Positions 1 through 10,652 are shown, numbered from the stretch's first letter. The stretch: 64,000 bases of DNA from an uncultured Bdellovibrionales bacterium (GCA_964440305.1 CAYTRS010000002.1:4048-68047), one strand, 5' to 3'. Notes: generated from the letters alone by a model not told the origin. A program made the numbers and translations.

Positions 1-3000
1 CTGATTCCGTTTTTCTCCTCCAACTGATCGATAAAATTTATCTGAGGTAGTTTGCAATATTTTTGACGGATCAATTACTTCCCGGCCAAATCCTCCGAGC
101 AAGCCATTTAATCCATAAGCCAATTTCATCGGTGAAACGCCCAAGGCTCGCCCCACGACCACTGCCGCATACGGCGTTTTATCGTCATATTGCTCCGTCG
201 GCGCAACCTGCTCAAGGCGTCGCGGCACTATCGGTCCTCCAGTGAAGAATGACTTATTGGTAGATAATTCTGCCGGCGTACGCAGGATTGGCGGTAATGC
301 TCCAGATAAAAACTGAGAGGCTGACAGTTCTCCATCCCGGGTAAACGGGATCGGCGCCAACTGACTCATCCATTCAAGCGCAAGCTTGGCAAAGTTATTC
401 GGTTCTCCCTTTCGCACATAGTCAAGAGAATATTCGATCGGATTATAGAAAATCTGGCCGACATCCCCTTTCGGGATAAGCACCATTTTCGGTATTCGAT
501 TACCGTCCGAATCCTTATCCTCTCCGACGATGATGGGAAAATAGGTATCTTTGATCCAGCGCGGTATGTCTTCATACAAATCCGGATAATTCAAAGCGTT
601 CCAAAAATAAGTCGTTACTCCCGGCGTAACAATCAAGGCTCCAGCCTTTACGGAAGATTTTACCGGACTCTCCTTGAAGACGCGTGCGGTATTGAGCAGT
701 GCCTGCCAGCGGGCATTTACAAAGGGCACCCACATATTGATGATTCTCATCTCTTGTCCGGCTTTGGCAAAATCAATCGTCGAGTTCCGAGCCTCAAATG
801 CGGCTTCCAGTGTTGATGCGCCATTTTTCAGAGCCCGTTTATAAACACCGAGACGCGGTGCGAGTTCCACTGCTTCTGCAAAATTACCTACAAGATCAAA
901 CGGATTGATAACAGCCTTGGTTCGTTTCCACCATATCGGTTCAAACAATTGATTTTTCACCCCGCTTATCTCCCTGGCTCCCTGGATAAAACCTCCAAAT
1001 CCTCCGCCATTCCGACCGAATTCTTCTATGAGTTTTGAATCCCACCCGAAGGCGCCTTTCAGCCCGTCTGCGAATCCCTTAACCCAATCAGCCGCATTGA
1101 ACCCGTACTTTGATGTCATGATAGTCATCTGTGCATCTCGCACGGCGTTGGAAAGAGAGAATGGAATATAGAGAGTCGTCGCTCCCTTGCGGAAAGCGGA
1201 GGATGTGAATTTGACAAAGTTGCCGAGTATGCCGGCTTCGACCTCGTTCATCTGATGCATCGCCCAGGAAAGCTCTTCCGGTACGATCCATTTTGTATTT
1301 ATTCCATCGGAAAACACGCTAATTGAACCCCAACCTTTCGGAACACGCTCGCTTTTTTCAAGCGGTTTTATGAATTCTTTCGCTTCAGGCATAATTTCCC
1401 TGATATTTATCAGTTTCTGAGCGACTTCATTGCGTTTGGTAAGATTTACCGCATTGCTTAATTTATCAATTATGGATTCGAAAGGATCGCGAATAATCTT
1501 TTCCGTTCCTTCCAGTTCATTTATTATACCCTGCCTTCCTACCGAAAATATCTCCGTGCCTTTCGGAAGAGCATCCAGAGCTGCCGGACCAGGCAACTCA
1601 TCTATCACATGAAATGGCATCCAATGCCTGTTTTTTGCAATAACCGAATTGTAGACATTTTCAGAAATGATTCCGGATTCAACAGCAGGTTTCAGAATTG
1701 CATCATCCGCCCATTTTTGAATCGCCTGCTCAGTCGCTTCGAATTTACTAAAGATCTCCGGGCCGACTTTCGCCTTAAGTTCTTCCACCGCTTGTCTTGC
1801 GGTATCGGATGTTACGCCTGCCGGATTGGCAAATCCTCTTTCCGCTCGCTCAAATGCGCGACGGGACAAAACAAAACGTGTAAAATCGGCACGCTCCTTG
1901 CTAAGAGGTGAAAGAATTTTTTGCAAATTGCCCAAATACGATTCGACTGTTCCCATGCGCCCGGCATACATGCGCGCAGCGATATAGGAACTTGAGTTGA
2001 TATCAATCGGTTTTCCAGCCATGTCACTGATCATTTCTTCGAAACGCTTGATAGGTGCAAACCGATCACTGAATGCTTCGGTAAATTTCTTGGGCGCACC
2101 TTTTATCCATTCAAGTAAATTTTTCGGCTTGCTGATTTTCCCAACCATGCCGTCAATAGCCTCAAGCGCGCTTCCTTCCGGAGAATCGGGAACATTCGAC
2201 AACGGAATTTCTGTCGGCGTCCTCGGAGGCGTTGGCGGAGGACTGATTTCATCCGTTCTTGGATTCTGCGGAGCGATTCTCTTTCCCTCTTTTATGACGG
2301 GATTCCCTTTTTCATTGATCGCTTCCAGCGCATTTTCCGATTTTGAAGTAAGATTGCGCGGACCGACAACTTGGAATTTTTCCGGATTCAAAATTTCAAC
2401 TTCGTCGCCGTAATGGACAGCATCATATCCTCGCTTTCTCAATTCATCCCTGGCAAGTTTTGATTCCTGAGCGTTTTTCGATTTTCCTACGGTCTGAGCC
2501 CATTCCTCACTGGATACGCTCAGTGTCTTTACTTCCTGGGTCGGTTTGACCTTGAGAATATTATTCCCGTACATGGAAGCTTCCTGCACTGTGGGCGCAA
2601 CATAGAAAGAATCTGGTGCTTCCGCGAACCCTTTTTTATTGAGACTTGTGTCGATTCCATTTTTCAGTATGGAGTCCGCATTCTCTTTCGTCGTTCCGTG
2701 ATATAAATCTTTTTCAAGTGTTTCCTTGTTTGCTCTCGCCACATCTATCAATTCCGTTTCTCTTTTTTCTATGCCATCCCTTATTGATCCGATCAAACCC
2801 GCATCTTTGCCTTCGGTCGCTATCTCAAATTTTCGCTTAAGCTCAGGCAAGGACAAATCGGCATTTTCAAATTCCATAAGATTCTTTCCTTCTTTTTCGA
2901 AATACTCAGCCGGCTTTACCGATTTAATTGTTTCTTCAATCTTTTCTACGGTTTGTTCGATAGGTTTTATTTCTTTGGCCAAACGGATGCCTGATTTCTC

Positions 3001-3567
3001 TAGAAGTTTTTCTCCGCCTTCTTTTAAAGTCTGCTCTGCGAAATTCTTTCCACCCTTTTCCATAATCATTTTTGCTACATCATCGCCATATCGTTTTATC
3101 AACTGTTCGCCAACTTCCTCAGCCACTTTTTTCTTTGGGATACCTGGAATAATATCAAGCGCAGTCATGGCAAATCCAAGAGGAAGTCCGTATTTCTGTG
3201 CGGTCTTCTGGCTTCCGCCGAATATTTGAATCGTCTCTTCGCCAGTACCTCGTATGTCCTTGATTGGTTTATCTCCGAAGAGAAACTTCTCAAATTTCGG
3301 CGCAACGCCGGCTCCGGGAATAAATTCCTTTTGATCTTCCACGGAAAGCGTAATCGATGCCGCGGCTCTTGGAGCTGCGCGAAGAACATCTTTGCCGAAA
3401 TTCAGAATGGATGTTCCGACTTTTTCCGTCGCTCCCGGAAGTTCACGCACAAAATCACGCGCCCGCACTTCATCGGGAACAGGCGCGAAAAAATCGCCTA
3501 AAGTCTTTTTTGTTTTTTCAGCTGCCTTTTTGAACGGCGCCGTTATTGTACTCCAAAAATTATTCAT
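1..3567 (-). CDS. Large polyvalent internal virion/ejection protein with ART-like and LPD38-like domains (C-terminus lies beyond the left edge)
   Basis: Absent from the ORF track, presumably because no stop falls in the window. ATG at 3567, and the frame was open wherever I translated it. It contains DLYHGTT...FYVAPT...RGYDAVHYGDEVEILNP (~2380-2710) and ALPPILRTPAELSTNKSFFTGGPIVPRRLEQVAPTEQY (~180-300), the latter LPD38-like. Confidence 0.75.
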   Translation of the reverse strand, partial: MNNFWSTITAPFKKAAEKTKKTLGDFFAPVPDEVRARDFVRELPGATEKVGTSILNFGKDVLRAAPRAAASITLSVEDQKEFIPGAGVAPKFEKFLFGDKPIKDIRGTGEETIQIFGGSQKTAQKYGLPLGFAMTALDIIPGIPKKKVAEEVGEQLIKRYGDDVAKMIMEKGGKNFAEQTLKEGGEKLLEKSGIRLAKEIKPIEQTVEKIEETIKSVKPAEYFEKEGKNLMEFENADLSLPELKRKFEIATEGKDAGLIGSIRDGIEKRETELIDVARANKETLEKDLYHGTTKENADSILKNGIDTSLNKKGFAEAPDSFYVAPTVQEASMYGNNILKVKPTQEVKTLSVSSEEWAQTVGKSKNAQESKLARDELRKRGYDAVHYGDEVEILNPEKFQVVGPRNLTSKSENALEAINEKGNPVIKEGKRIAPQNPRTDEISPPPTPPRTPTEIPLSNVPDSPEGSALEAIDGMVGKISKPKNLLEWIKGAPKKFTEAFSDRFAPIKRFEEMISDMAGKPIDINSSSYIAARMYAGRMGTVESYLGNLQKILSPLSKERADFTRFVLSRRAFERAERGFANPAGVTSDTARQAVEELKAKVGPEIFSKFEATEQAIQKWADDAILKPAVESGIISENVYNSVIAKNRHWMPFHVIDELPGPAALDALPKGTEIFSVGRQGIINELEGTEKIIRDPFESIIDKLSNAVNLTKRNEVAQKLINIREIMPEAKEFIKPLEKSERVPKGWGSISVFSDGINTKWIVPEELSWAMHQMNEVEAGILGNFVKFTSSAFRKGATTLYIPFSLSNAVRDAQMTIMTSKYGFNAADWVKGFADGLKGAFGWDSKLIEEFGRNGGGFGGFIQGAREISGVKNQLFEPIWWKRTKAVINPFDLVGNFAEAVELAPRLGVYKRALKNGASTLEAAFEARNSTIDFAKAGQEMRIINMWVPFVNARWQALLNTARVFKESPVKSSVKAGALIVTPGVTTYFWNALNYPDLYEDIPRWIKDTYFPIIVGEDKDSDGNRIPKMVLIPKGDVGQIFYNPIEYSLDYVRKGEPNNFAKLALEWMSQLAPIPFTRDGELSASQFLSGALPPILRTPAELSTNKSFFTGGPIVPRRLEQVAPTEQYDDKTPYAAVVVGRALGVSPMKLAYGLNGLLGGFGREVIDPSKILQTTSDKFYRSVGGEKRNQ

Positions 3568-3575
3568 ATTGTTTT

Positions 3576-4661
3576 TTATACTCCGATGCGAAAAAGCCGA
3601 CCCAGAAACCCGCTGACGCCTGTAGCATTTTTAATATGCCACTCATCATCGATAATTTCCAAAGGAGATTTTTTCGAATCACTGAAACCCACATTGCCGT
3701 ATGATTGCTTAAGCTGCTCAGGACTGTAGCCCTCTTTCCACGCATCCCTGACTTCGCGCCTGAAAGTGCCCTCGGCCGTTATGCCTTTCTGAGCACTTGA
3801 AGCTGAATCTGTCTGAGGTGATTGTTTTTTGATATAATCCATTTCCGATTCCAGCTGCACCGCCAAATCTCCGGCATAGCCAAGCCGAGTGGGATCGGAA
3901 ACGCCTTGCACAATAAGCCGCTGAGCGGTCGCACGCATAGTCGGATCAGGTTCTAATCCCTGCTCAATGCGCGATGACAACGCGTTGCTTCCATTTTTTT
4001 CACGCTGATTGACTTCCTGCAATTTCAACATGAATTCTTTTTCCCAATGCTGTTCATTATCACTGCGTTCCAATTCGTTTTTTAGCAAATCTTTATAACT
4101 ATTCATCTGTTGAGTGAGATTGCCAAGGCCATATTTAAGCTCATCAACCTCGCGTTCTTTTTCGGCAGTTTCTGTAGCAACTTTTTTGGTTACTTCGTCG
4201 AGAGCGGAATTATAACTGCCAGCCAGGCTATTTCTTTCATCGACATAGTTATTAATTTTAGAATTAGCCAGCCGCTCAATTTCAGATGATTCTCCGGTAA
4301 TGGTTGCGGCTGAATAATATGGATTGAGACGAGTTTTACTGATTGATTCATCGCGGACTCCTTTCTCGCCGGCAATCCTAGAATCAACATCCGTTATTTT
4401 TGCCTTTATGTCTCCCAGCCCCTGTGACTTGTATTCTTGGTCGTATCGCGAGCTATAAAAATTTTTGAGTTTGCCTTGCGCTTTATCAAGCTTTTTCTGA
4501 ACGGTATCAATTTTTTTCTGGAGAGAAGAAAAATTTAATCCGGACGGAGAACCGGCCGTATCTGATGCGGATGTCGATTGAGCGCTGACGTTTCTTCCTA
4601 ATTGCTCCATCTGCTGACGAAATCCATCCCAGTCTATATTTGTTGCACTGTTATCTGCCAT
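3576..4661 (-). CDS. Coiled-coil phage protein, probable internal/ejection protein
   Basis: 361 aa, helical and charged, directly upstream of the large internal protein. Confidence 0.5.
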   Translation of the reverse strand: MADNSATNIDWDGFRQQMEQLGRNVSAQSTSASDTAGSPSGLNFSSLQKKIDTVQKKLDKAQGKLKNFYSSRYDQEYKSQGLGDIKAKITDVDSRIAGEKGVRDESISKTRLNPYYSAATITGESSEIERLANSKINNYVDERNSLAGSYNSALDEVTKKVATETAEKEREVDELKYGLGNLTQQMNSYKDLLKNELERSDNEQHWEKEFMLKLQEVNQREKNGSNALSSRIEQGLEPDPTMRATAQRLIVQGVSDPTRLGYAGDLAVQLESEMDYIKKQSPQTDSASSAQKGITAEGTFRREVRDAWKEGYSPEQLKQSYGNVGFSDSKKSPLEIIDDEWHIKNATGVSGFLGRLFRIGV

Positions 4662-4665
4662 AAAT

Positions 4666-4881
4666 TTATGTACTCACTTTTTTGTTTTCCGTTATTTTCC
4701 CTGTTTTTAAATCAAAGATATATTCTTTCACGGGATCAAGACCGTATCTATGAAATCGACCTACAAGATATGTTTGCTTTTGCGTTTCAAGGGCCTGCGC
4801 AATAAGCGTATGTTGATGGATCATTTCCTGCCGTTTACGAAGCTCTTCGAGATCCGTTTTGTCTAATTTTTTTGTGAACAT
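4666..4881 (-). CDS. Small hypothetical phage protein
   Basis: 71 aa ORF filling an operon gap in the coding orientation. Confidence 0.55.
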   Translation of the reverse strand: MFTKKLDKTDLEELRKRQEMIHQHTLIAQALETQKQTYLVGRFHRYGLDPVKEYIFDLKTGKITENKKVST

Positions 4882-4920
4882 AAAAATGAGTTATTTTTTA
4901 TTAATTGCACCAAGCATTTT

Positions 4921-6000
4921 TTAAATGTCGTCATACCAAGCAACTCCATGCCAACTATAACCGTTATAAATCATCAGTCTTCCACCAGAACCCATACCGC
5001 TCGGATCTTTTTCCCAATACATTTGGCCTTCTACGGGATCGCTCGGCTGATCGCTTCCGATGCGCATTGATGTAAGGACATCTACGAATCCCCCGCCGAT
5101 TGCATTGTTTCCATAGAGACGCAGAATATCGTTTCCACTTGATGCTTTGAAAAAGATTCGATCATTACTTGTTGTATCGATAACAAGTGGACGGTTTCCC
5201 GATGTATCAATCCATATTCGAGCGTATCCGTTCGCTCCGTCATCAAGCATAAGCCCGTGTCCGGGACCAGCCTGAAGTCCGTAAGTGGAAACGCCGTTGA
5301 CCTGACGCAGATAACCGATTCGTATTCCGCCGTACGGCGTGGCCAAATATCCGGTCGAAGTCAGATTGATTGTTCCGGCCGTAATCTTGTCGGCACAGAC
5401 ATTGGCGATTTTGGCATTGTCTATGGCAAGATTGGCAATCTTCGCGTTAGTGACGGCCAAATTTTCAATATTGGCATTTTGCACTTCAGCCAAGCCGATC
5501 TTGGCTGACGTTATCTGTCCATCTCCGATTTTGGCATTAATAATTGCGCCGTCTACAATTTTTGCTGAGCTGATGACTGCATTTCCCAAATGCGCGTTTT
5601 GAATGACTCCCGTGCCAATATGCGCTCCGATTATTATCGCCGTATCAATTTGAGCCGATAGAGTCACCACCGCTTCGGTCTGAATAATCTTCGAGGCGTT
5701 AACTGCTCCGTTTCTTATTTTAGCCGTGGCTACCGCCGCATCGGCCAGTTTTTGTTCAGTCACTGACAATGCATCGAGATGCTGGCTGAGAATAGCACTG
5801 TCAATAATCTTGTTGGAGCTCACTGATTCATCCGCTAAAGCCGCTGTTCCGACCGCCCCGGATTTTATCTGAAGCGAATCAATGGAGGAAGGAGCTAATA
5901 ATGGTGAATTGTCCCCATCATGAGTATGCAATGGAGCTTCCGGGAAAGGCTGATCTTCCACTTCCTGATTGCCAAAAATTTTTTGCAAAAAATCGCTCAT
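4921..6000 (-). CDS. Tail fibre/spike-like protein
   Basis: 359 aa with ~10-residue xAKIxx repeats (TAKIRNGAVNASKI, NAKIGDGQITSAKI, TNAKIANLAIDNAKIAN), an HTHDG motif and a beta-rich C-terminus. Confidence 0.65.
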   Translation of the reverse strand: MSDFLQKIFGNQEVEDQPFPEAPLHTHDGDNSPLLAPSSIDSLQIKSGAVGTAALADESVSSNKIIDSAILSQHLDALSVTEQKLADAAVATAKIRNGAVNASKIIQTEAVVTLSAQIDTAIIIGAHIGTGVIQNAHLGNAVISSAKIVDGAIINAKIGDGQITSAKIGLAEVQNANIENLAVTNAKIANLAIDNAKIANVCADKITAGTINLTSTGYLATPYGGIRIGYLRQVNGVSTYGLQAGPGHGLMLDDGANGYARIWIDTSGNRPLVIDTTSNDRIFFKASSGNDILRLYGNNAIGGGFVDVLTSMRIGSDQPSDPVEGQMYWEKDPSGMGSGGRLMIYNGYSWHGVAWYDDI

Positions 6001-6008
6001 GATTTTTT

Positions 6009-7451
6009 TTATAGGATACCTATCGGTTCAAAATAAGTACTGGCTGCCACGATCTCCGGCGTGCTGTTTCCCGACGGATGCAAATCGAATGCGAGCTCGA
6101 ATGTCTCTCCCTTGCCTTTTTCTTCTCCTTCTTCGTCGCCGGTTTCAATGGTGAATACCACCTTCGTATTTCCTTCCCTGTCGAAACTATCTGCGCCGTC
6201 TTCCAGATATGCCTGCTTCCAATCGCCCTGCTCGTTGATTCGATAATATGCTTTTATCCAACATTGGGCTGAAAGCGGCTTAGTCAGGAGCTTGATGTGC
6301 CGAAATTCTTTTTGTAATTCCGGTTCGCCTGCGTCGAAGACCAATCCCTCATATCGAGCATCCGCTTTATTATTCAGATCGATCGTATCCACCCCGTAAA
6401 TTGAACCATCCTTCCATGAAACAAATACTTGATCTCCATAAACCGTCACTGCTCCGATTTCTACGTCAATAAGTTTTCCATGTGAAAGTATGTGTTCGAG
6501 ATTTAACGAATAAGGTTCATTTTTACTTAATCGTCCGTAAGAATAAAGTCCGCATTTGTCAGACCCCGTTACTCCGAAAAGTGCAACGCCTTTTTGATTG
6601 GCCACCGCTCCGGGATTCACCCATCCGCCTCCGGGAAATGCTTTGAAGCGAATAATATTTACCGTATCCCAATAATAGAGTCCTCCGCTGATACCAGCCT
6701 GCGCAATGATAAAGTCAGTCTGTATCATGGCGTTGATTCCCTTTTCGGCAATCATACGGCGCATAATCCATGAGGGCTGTTGCTTATCCCAAGTCCACAG
6801 CCAACCTTCCTCGATTTTGTCGCCCTTAGTCGAGCCGATGATAGCGATCTGATCTTGAGGCAATATAGTTTTTGTCCGATTGCCTGCAATAACATCTAGC
6901 GCTTGATTATTGAAATTACCCTCATAGTCAACCAGTGCAATGTATCGCCCATCACAAATCTGCAAAACTCCGACAGCCATAGTCATCGTGTGCCAAGCCG
7001 GATCACCATTCAGTGTTCCCAATGTTTGCACATCAGTACTCCAATTTCCTGAAAGCGGAATGCGTTTGATTTTTGTCTCAGTCGCCCAATATAAATATGC
7101 GATATAACTTCCTGATCCGTTATTGTTCGTATATTCGTCTGCACCACTGATTCTTCCGTCGGGATCGGTATATATAAGAGACCACGAAGAAGTTAGGGTA
7201 TCCTTGCGATAAATTCTGCCTGCATTCCCGAAACCATACAGTTTTCCATTCGAAGCCGGCACAAAAAATAAAATCAAATCCACAACGACATCCCCTGAGT
7301 CTTTTATGAGTGCTTGATTGCACTTTAGCGTATCCGCTCCGCCCCGAATATCCAGACCATAGCCGAAGCGGAAAGCTCCGGCAACGCCCTTATAGGCATC
7401 GTCTGAAATACCGCCGCGAAAACCTTTTATCCTGTATGCGTTAAGTCCCAT
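6009..7451 (-). CDS. Putative tail nozzle/stabilisation protein (beta-propeller; P22 gp10/T7 gp12-like position)
   Basis: 480 aa beta-rich protein starting with an FRGGI motif, downstream of the adaptor-like gene. Confidence 0.55.
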   Translation of the reverse strand: MGLNAYRIKGFRGGISDDAYKGVAGAFRFGYGLDIRGGADTLKCNQALIKDSGDVVVDLILFFVPASNGKLYGFGNAGRIYRKDTLTSSWSLIYTDPDGRISGADEYTNNNGSGSYIAYLYWATETKIKRIPLSGNWSTDVQTLGTLNGDPAWHTMTMAVGVLQICDGRYIALVDYEGNFNNQALDVIAGNRTKTILPQDQIAIIGSTKGDKIEEGWLWTWDKQQPSWIMRRMIAEKGINAMIQTDFIIAQAGISGGLYYWDTVNIIRFKAFPGGGWVNPGAVANQKGVALFGVTGSDKCGLYSYGRLSKNEPYSLNLEHILSHGKLIDVEIGAVTVYGDQVFVSWKDGSIYGVDTIDLNNKADARYEGLVFDAGEPELQKEFRHIKLLTKPLSAQCWIKAYYRINEQGDWKQAYLEDGADSFDREGNTKVVFTIETGDEEGEEKGKGETFELAFDLHPSGNSTPEIVAASTYFEPIGIL

Positions 7452-7454
7452 ATT

Positions 7455-8111
7455 TTATTGGTTGAAATCTTGCGGATTATTGTTTTTGTACAAGAAGCGC
7501 GAACTTGTCGCCTGTCCGACAAAACCGGCTTCTCCGCCTTCCTCATCCTGTCGGTCTTTTATTTGTTGAAGAATCGCTGTGGCTTCGAGAACCTGTCTGT
7601 CCGCGTCTGTGCTTCGGTTCGGTTCTTTCTTAAGACATATGCCGAGTGCGAATTTTATGATCGCTTCATCCATTTCCTCCGGCGTAATCGGTTCATCGGT
7701 ATCGTTCACAAGCGGAATAAGTCGCCGGCGATAATAAATATCGATGATTTTTCCATCTTCCACGGGAGTCGGTTTGATCAGATATTGATCACCCAAAAGA
7801 CAAAAAACGCTTTCCCACAAATGATTGCCGCTCTGATAATTCTCTATGCTCATTTTTGCATGCTCTTGTCCGTCAACCTTAAGAAACATCATTCCACCCG
7901 GTTTATAATCGAAAGGCAAAAAGTATGTTTCCACATCTTTCTCGGTCAGCTGAGTCGAATGGTGATTAAGAAAATTCCATTTGGCAAAATTACATGCGCG
8001 CACAATGGATTTATTGATCCATCTTTTTTTGTCTGCCTCGTTCCAAAATCCGGTTGTCTTGGCCGCCGACATACGTGCGTTTAGATCTTGTATAAATTCT
8101 TGTAATTGCAT
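7455..8111 (-). CDS. Putative head-tail adaptor protein
   Basis: 218 aa with WIN...CNFAKWNFL and YFLPFDY...IKPTP...IYY...PL...DEP patterns typical of podoviral adaptors; gene order fits. Confidence 0.6.
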   Translation of the reverse strand: MQLQEFIQDLNARMSAAKTTGFWNEADKKRWINKSIVRACNFAKWNFLNHHSTQLTEKDVETYFLPFDYKPGGMMFLKVDGQEHAKMSIENYQSGNHLWESVFCLLGDQYLIKPTPVEDGKIIDIYYRRRLIPLVNDTDEPITPEEMDEAIIKFALGICLKKEPNRSTDADRQVLEATAILQQIKDRQDEEGGEAGFVGQATSSRFLYKNNNPQDFNQ

Positions 8112-8116
8112 ATGCG

Positions 8117-9763
8117 TTAAGGAATAAGTTTGCCCGTATCCCGATATTGATTTAAATATTCCATCAGATTATCGCCTGGGCAGTCGGTTGCATCGGGAAC
8201 TTCACGATGTCCGAGCACCCGGCATTTTGGAATACCGCGTTCTTTTCTGATTTTATCGAGAAGCTCCTGCAGAGTTGCCAGTTGCTCGGAACTGGGTTGC
8301 TCATTACCGCTCGTCGGATGAAAATTACCGCACACAGCGATACCAATCGATCGGTAATTCATTTTTTCGGTGTCGGCATGCGCACCGATCTTGTTTTCCG
8401 GACGCCCAATAATATGCGCTCCTAATCCATCCATCGCTCCCGCAATCCAGTGATGATAGGCGATATCTCCCCAACCGATTCCTATGTGATTATTTTTGAT
8501 CGTGCTGAAGCGAGTTGAGTCGCGTGGCGTTGCCGTGTGATGCACAATGATGAATTCGGGATAATTGGCTTTATCATATTTAGGCACATCTTTTTTCGTC
8601 GAACGAAAAGTGCGAAGCGTATCCCATACAACCACCAGTTTGGCTGCAAATTCCCCGTTGTTTTTTACATAGTCCCAAAGCAATTTATATTGCCCGCCCC
8701 ATGAAGATAAATTTTCCAAAACAAGACCGAGATTATTCGATGTGGTCCAGCCTTCACGATCGACAATCTCCTGAACTATTTCGCGCAAATCGGGCGATTC
8801 ATATACGCTATTGGCCGACCAGTGAATTCCTACGAATACGCCGTCGACCGTTTCACCAATCGTCCATTCTATTTGTGCTTTCGTTTTTATTCGTAATGAC
8901 GGTCGATTTGATCCGTCACTTGCAAATAGCGCCACATTATCTTCTGCGATTCCCTTTATAAGAAGATTCGGAAAACGATTGTTTTGGTCAGCTTGCGTGA
9001 GAAGAAGATGGGCGCCGATAATATTTGCGTAACGCGGAATATTCAATGCGCTGAATATGAAAGCGCCTTCATTTATTGAGATGCCGTCATTGCCAAGCGT
9101 GATAACATTGCCTGTCGGATTTGATTGCCAAGTGGTGCGATCTGTTTCCACGCCGTCACGATCCGTACCTGCAATCGTGCCAATGCTGACATTCTTAGTC
9201 GTGAACAGAACTTCCAATTCCGCTTCGTATCCCTTACCCTTACTGCTGTCATAGCATGTTGCGGCTTGATCGGAAGAAGATCCGTTATCCTCAATCGTCA
9301 GTGCCAGTGAATTGCCCGCCTTCCATCCGGTCTGCGCCACAATTTCTTCGATTATCAGTTTGAGATTCGGCGTTTGTGTCCATTCATGAACTTCCCATTT
9401 TTTGATAATGTGCCACGATACACTATTTACAGTCCTTGTTCGTTGACTTGGACGGGAAGTTTGCGTAAACGGTTTCGTGTCCGATTCTTTCATTCCTTTA
9501 ATAATCAGCTTTACATCCGGATCCACCGAATCGGTAACTGCGGGACGAATTTTTAATCGAGCCAAAACAATCTTGGCATTTCTCGGAATATCAATATTGC
9601 GAAAACGAAATGCTCCGAGATATAACGAACCGCTCATGTTTCCGAACGTGATAATATTACCGGCATTGCCGATGCCATTCCATGAAGTTGCGTCTTGCTC
9701 TCGTCCATCATCTATCGTTTCAGTAATCAGGGCGTTAATTTTGCCGATGTAATTCATTGGCAT
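8117..9763 (-). CDS. N-acetylmuramoyl-L-alanine amidase (Amidase_2) with two repeated N-terminal beta domains
   Basis: C-terminal IIVHHTAT, GWGDIAYH, GAHA, SIGIAVCGNF, GHRE, TDCPG; two similar ~190-aa N-terminal units. Confidence 0.85.
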   Translation of the reverse strand: MPMNYIGKINALITETIDDGREQDATSWNGIGNAGNIITFGNMSGSLYLGAFRFRNIDIPRNAKIVLARLKIRPAVTDSVDPDVKLIIKGMKESDTKPFTQTSRPSQRTRTVNSVSWHIIKKWEVHEWTQTPNLKLIIEEIVAQTGWKAGNSLALTIEDNGSSSDQAATCYDSSKGKGYEAELEVLFTTKNVSIGTIAGTDRDGVETDRTTWQSNPTGNVITLGNDGISINEGAFIFSALNIPRYANIIGAHLLLTQADQNNRFPNLLIKGIAEDNVALFASDGSNRPSLRIKTKAQIEWTIGETVDGVFVGIHWSANSVYESPDLREIVQEIVDREGWTTSNNLGLVLENLSSWGGQYKLLWDYVKNNGEFAAKLVVVWDTLRTFRSTKKDVPKYDKANYPEFIIVHHTATPRDSTRFSTIKNNHIGIGWGDIAYHHWIAGAMDGLGAHIIGRPENKIGAHADTEKMNYRSIGIAVCGNFHPTSGNEQPSSEQLATLQELLDKIRKERGIPKCRVLGHREVPDATDCPGDNLMEYLNQYRDTGKLIP

Positions 9764-9765
9764 AT

Positions 9766-10353
9766 CTATGCTTTACGCAAAGCGATAAGTGGAACAGGCA
9801 GACTCCAATCGGTCGGACTACCCGTCGGAAAAATCAAGGGCAATGCGCCATAAGTTTGCGTTATCGCATAGCCGAGATAAGGCGTGCCTGTCAGCCCGTT
9901 ATCTAATCCAAGGAATGAAGCGAAGGCATCCGCTGCCGGAATTGCGGCGACAGCTAACGATGCCGTGTCTTGACCTATCAAAGTGAGCCAGTACAGCTTC
10001 CCGCCTTTCAAAACTATATTTATTGCTTTTTCCTTGAGCCCGGTCGTGTTCACATCAACTTCGCCCGCATCAAGCGCGAGTGCGCCCGGATAAACACTTC
10101 CGTCTCCCTTGTCTTCATAAATACCAAGACGAACACGTGGCGTAGTGCCAGTGCCCGCAGTAGTCACGCGAATTGCAATTCGATCGAACTTCATTGTTCT
10201 CGGAACGAAAAACGGAAACGCGCGAAGAGAGTTCGCTGAAGATAACGCTTGCGTAGCAACCGTACCGCCCGTAAGAAACGACCCGAAATATCTGCCAGTC
10301 TTTCTTATTCGCAGAAAAGAGAAGTCTCCTTTTTGTGGGATGAATTCAGCCAT
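9766..10353 (-). CDS. Hypothetical virion protein (beta-sandwich)
   Basis: 195 aa in the structural operon, with RLGIY...PGAL and GKLYWL motifs. Confidence 0.5.
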   Translation of the reverse strand: MAEFIPQKGDFSFLRIRKTGRYFGSFLTGGTVATQALSSANSLRAFPFFVPRTMKFDRIAIRVTTAGTGTTPRVRLGIYEDKGDGSVYPGALALDAGEVDVNTTGLKEKAINIVLKGGKLYWLTLIGQDTASLAVAAIPAADAFASFLGLDNGLTGTPYLGYAITQTYGALPLIFPTGSPTDWSLPVPLIALRKA

Positions 10354-10358
10354 AAATA

Positions 10359-10652
10359 TTATTGTTCGACGATGATTTCGACTTTATCGCCACTTATTTC
10401 CGCGTCTATATATACTTTGTCCGCGTTGCTGATTCGGAGCTTCACCGCTTCGCCCGGCTCCAGAGTGAACTTTCCGGCTTGGGCTTGCACTTCCGACTCG
10501 CCGACCTTGATAATGCCGCTGTTGGTGCGCTTAGCTTTGACAATGAGCTCGCAAGCCTCGCCGACAGAAATATCCGGAAGTTGCACGGCAGTGCCCGCAG
10601 CAGCCACTGTCGCTTCGTTTACGGAAAATTTTGATTTGCTTTCTACTGCCAT
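10359..10652 (-). CDS. Small hypothetical structural protein
   Basis: 97 aa beta-rich ORF with tight operon spacing. Confidence 0.55.
   Translation of the reverse strand: MAVESKSKFSVNEATVAAAGTAVQLPDISVGEACELIVKAKRTNSGIIKVGESEVQAQAGKFTLEPGEAVKLRISNADKVYIDAEISGDKVEIIVEQ

Noticed and set aside
63-3616. Many short ORFs on both strands in the ORF track
   Set aside because: They are shadows of the long minus-strand frame starting at 3567.
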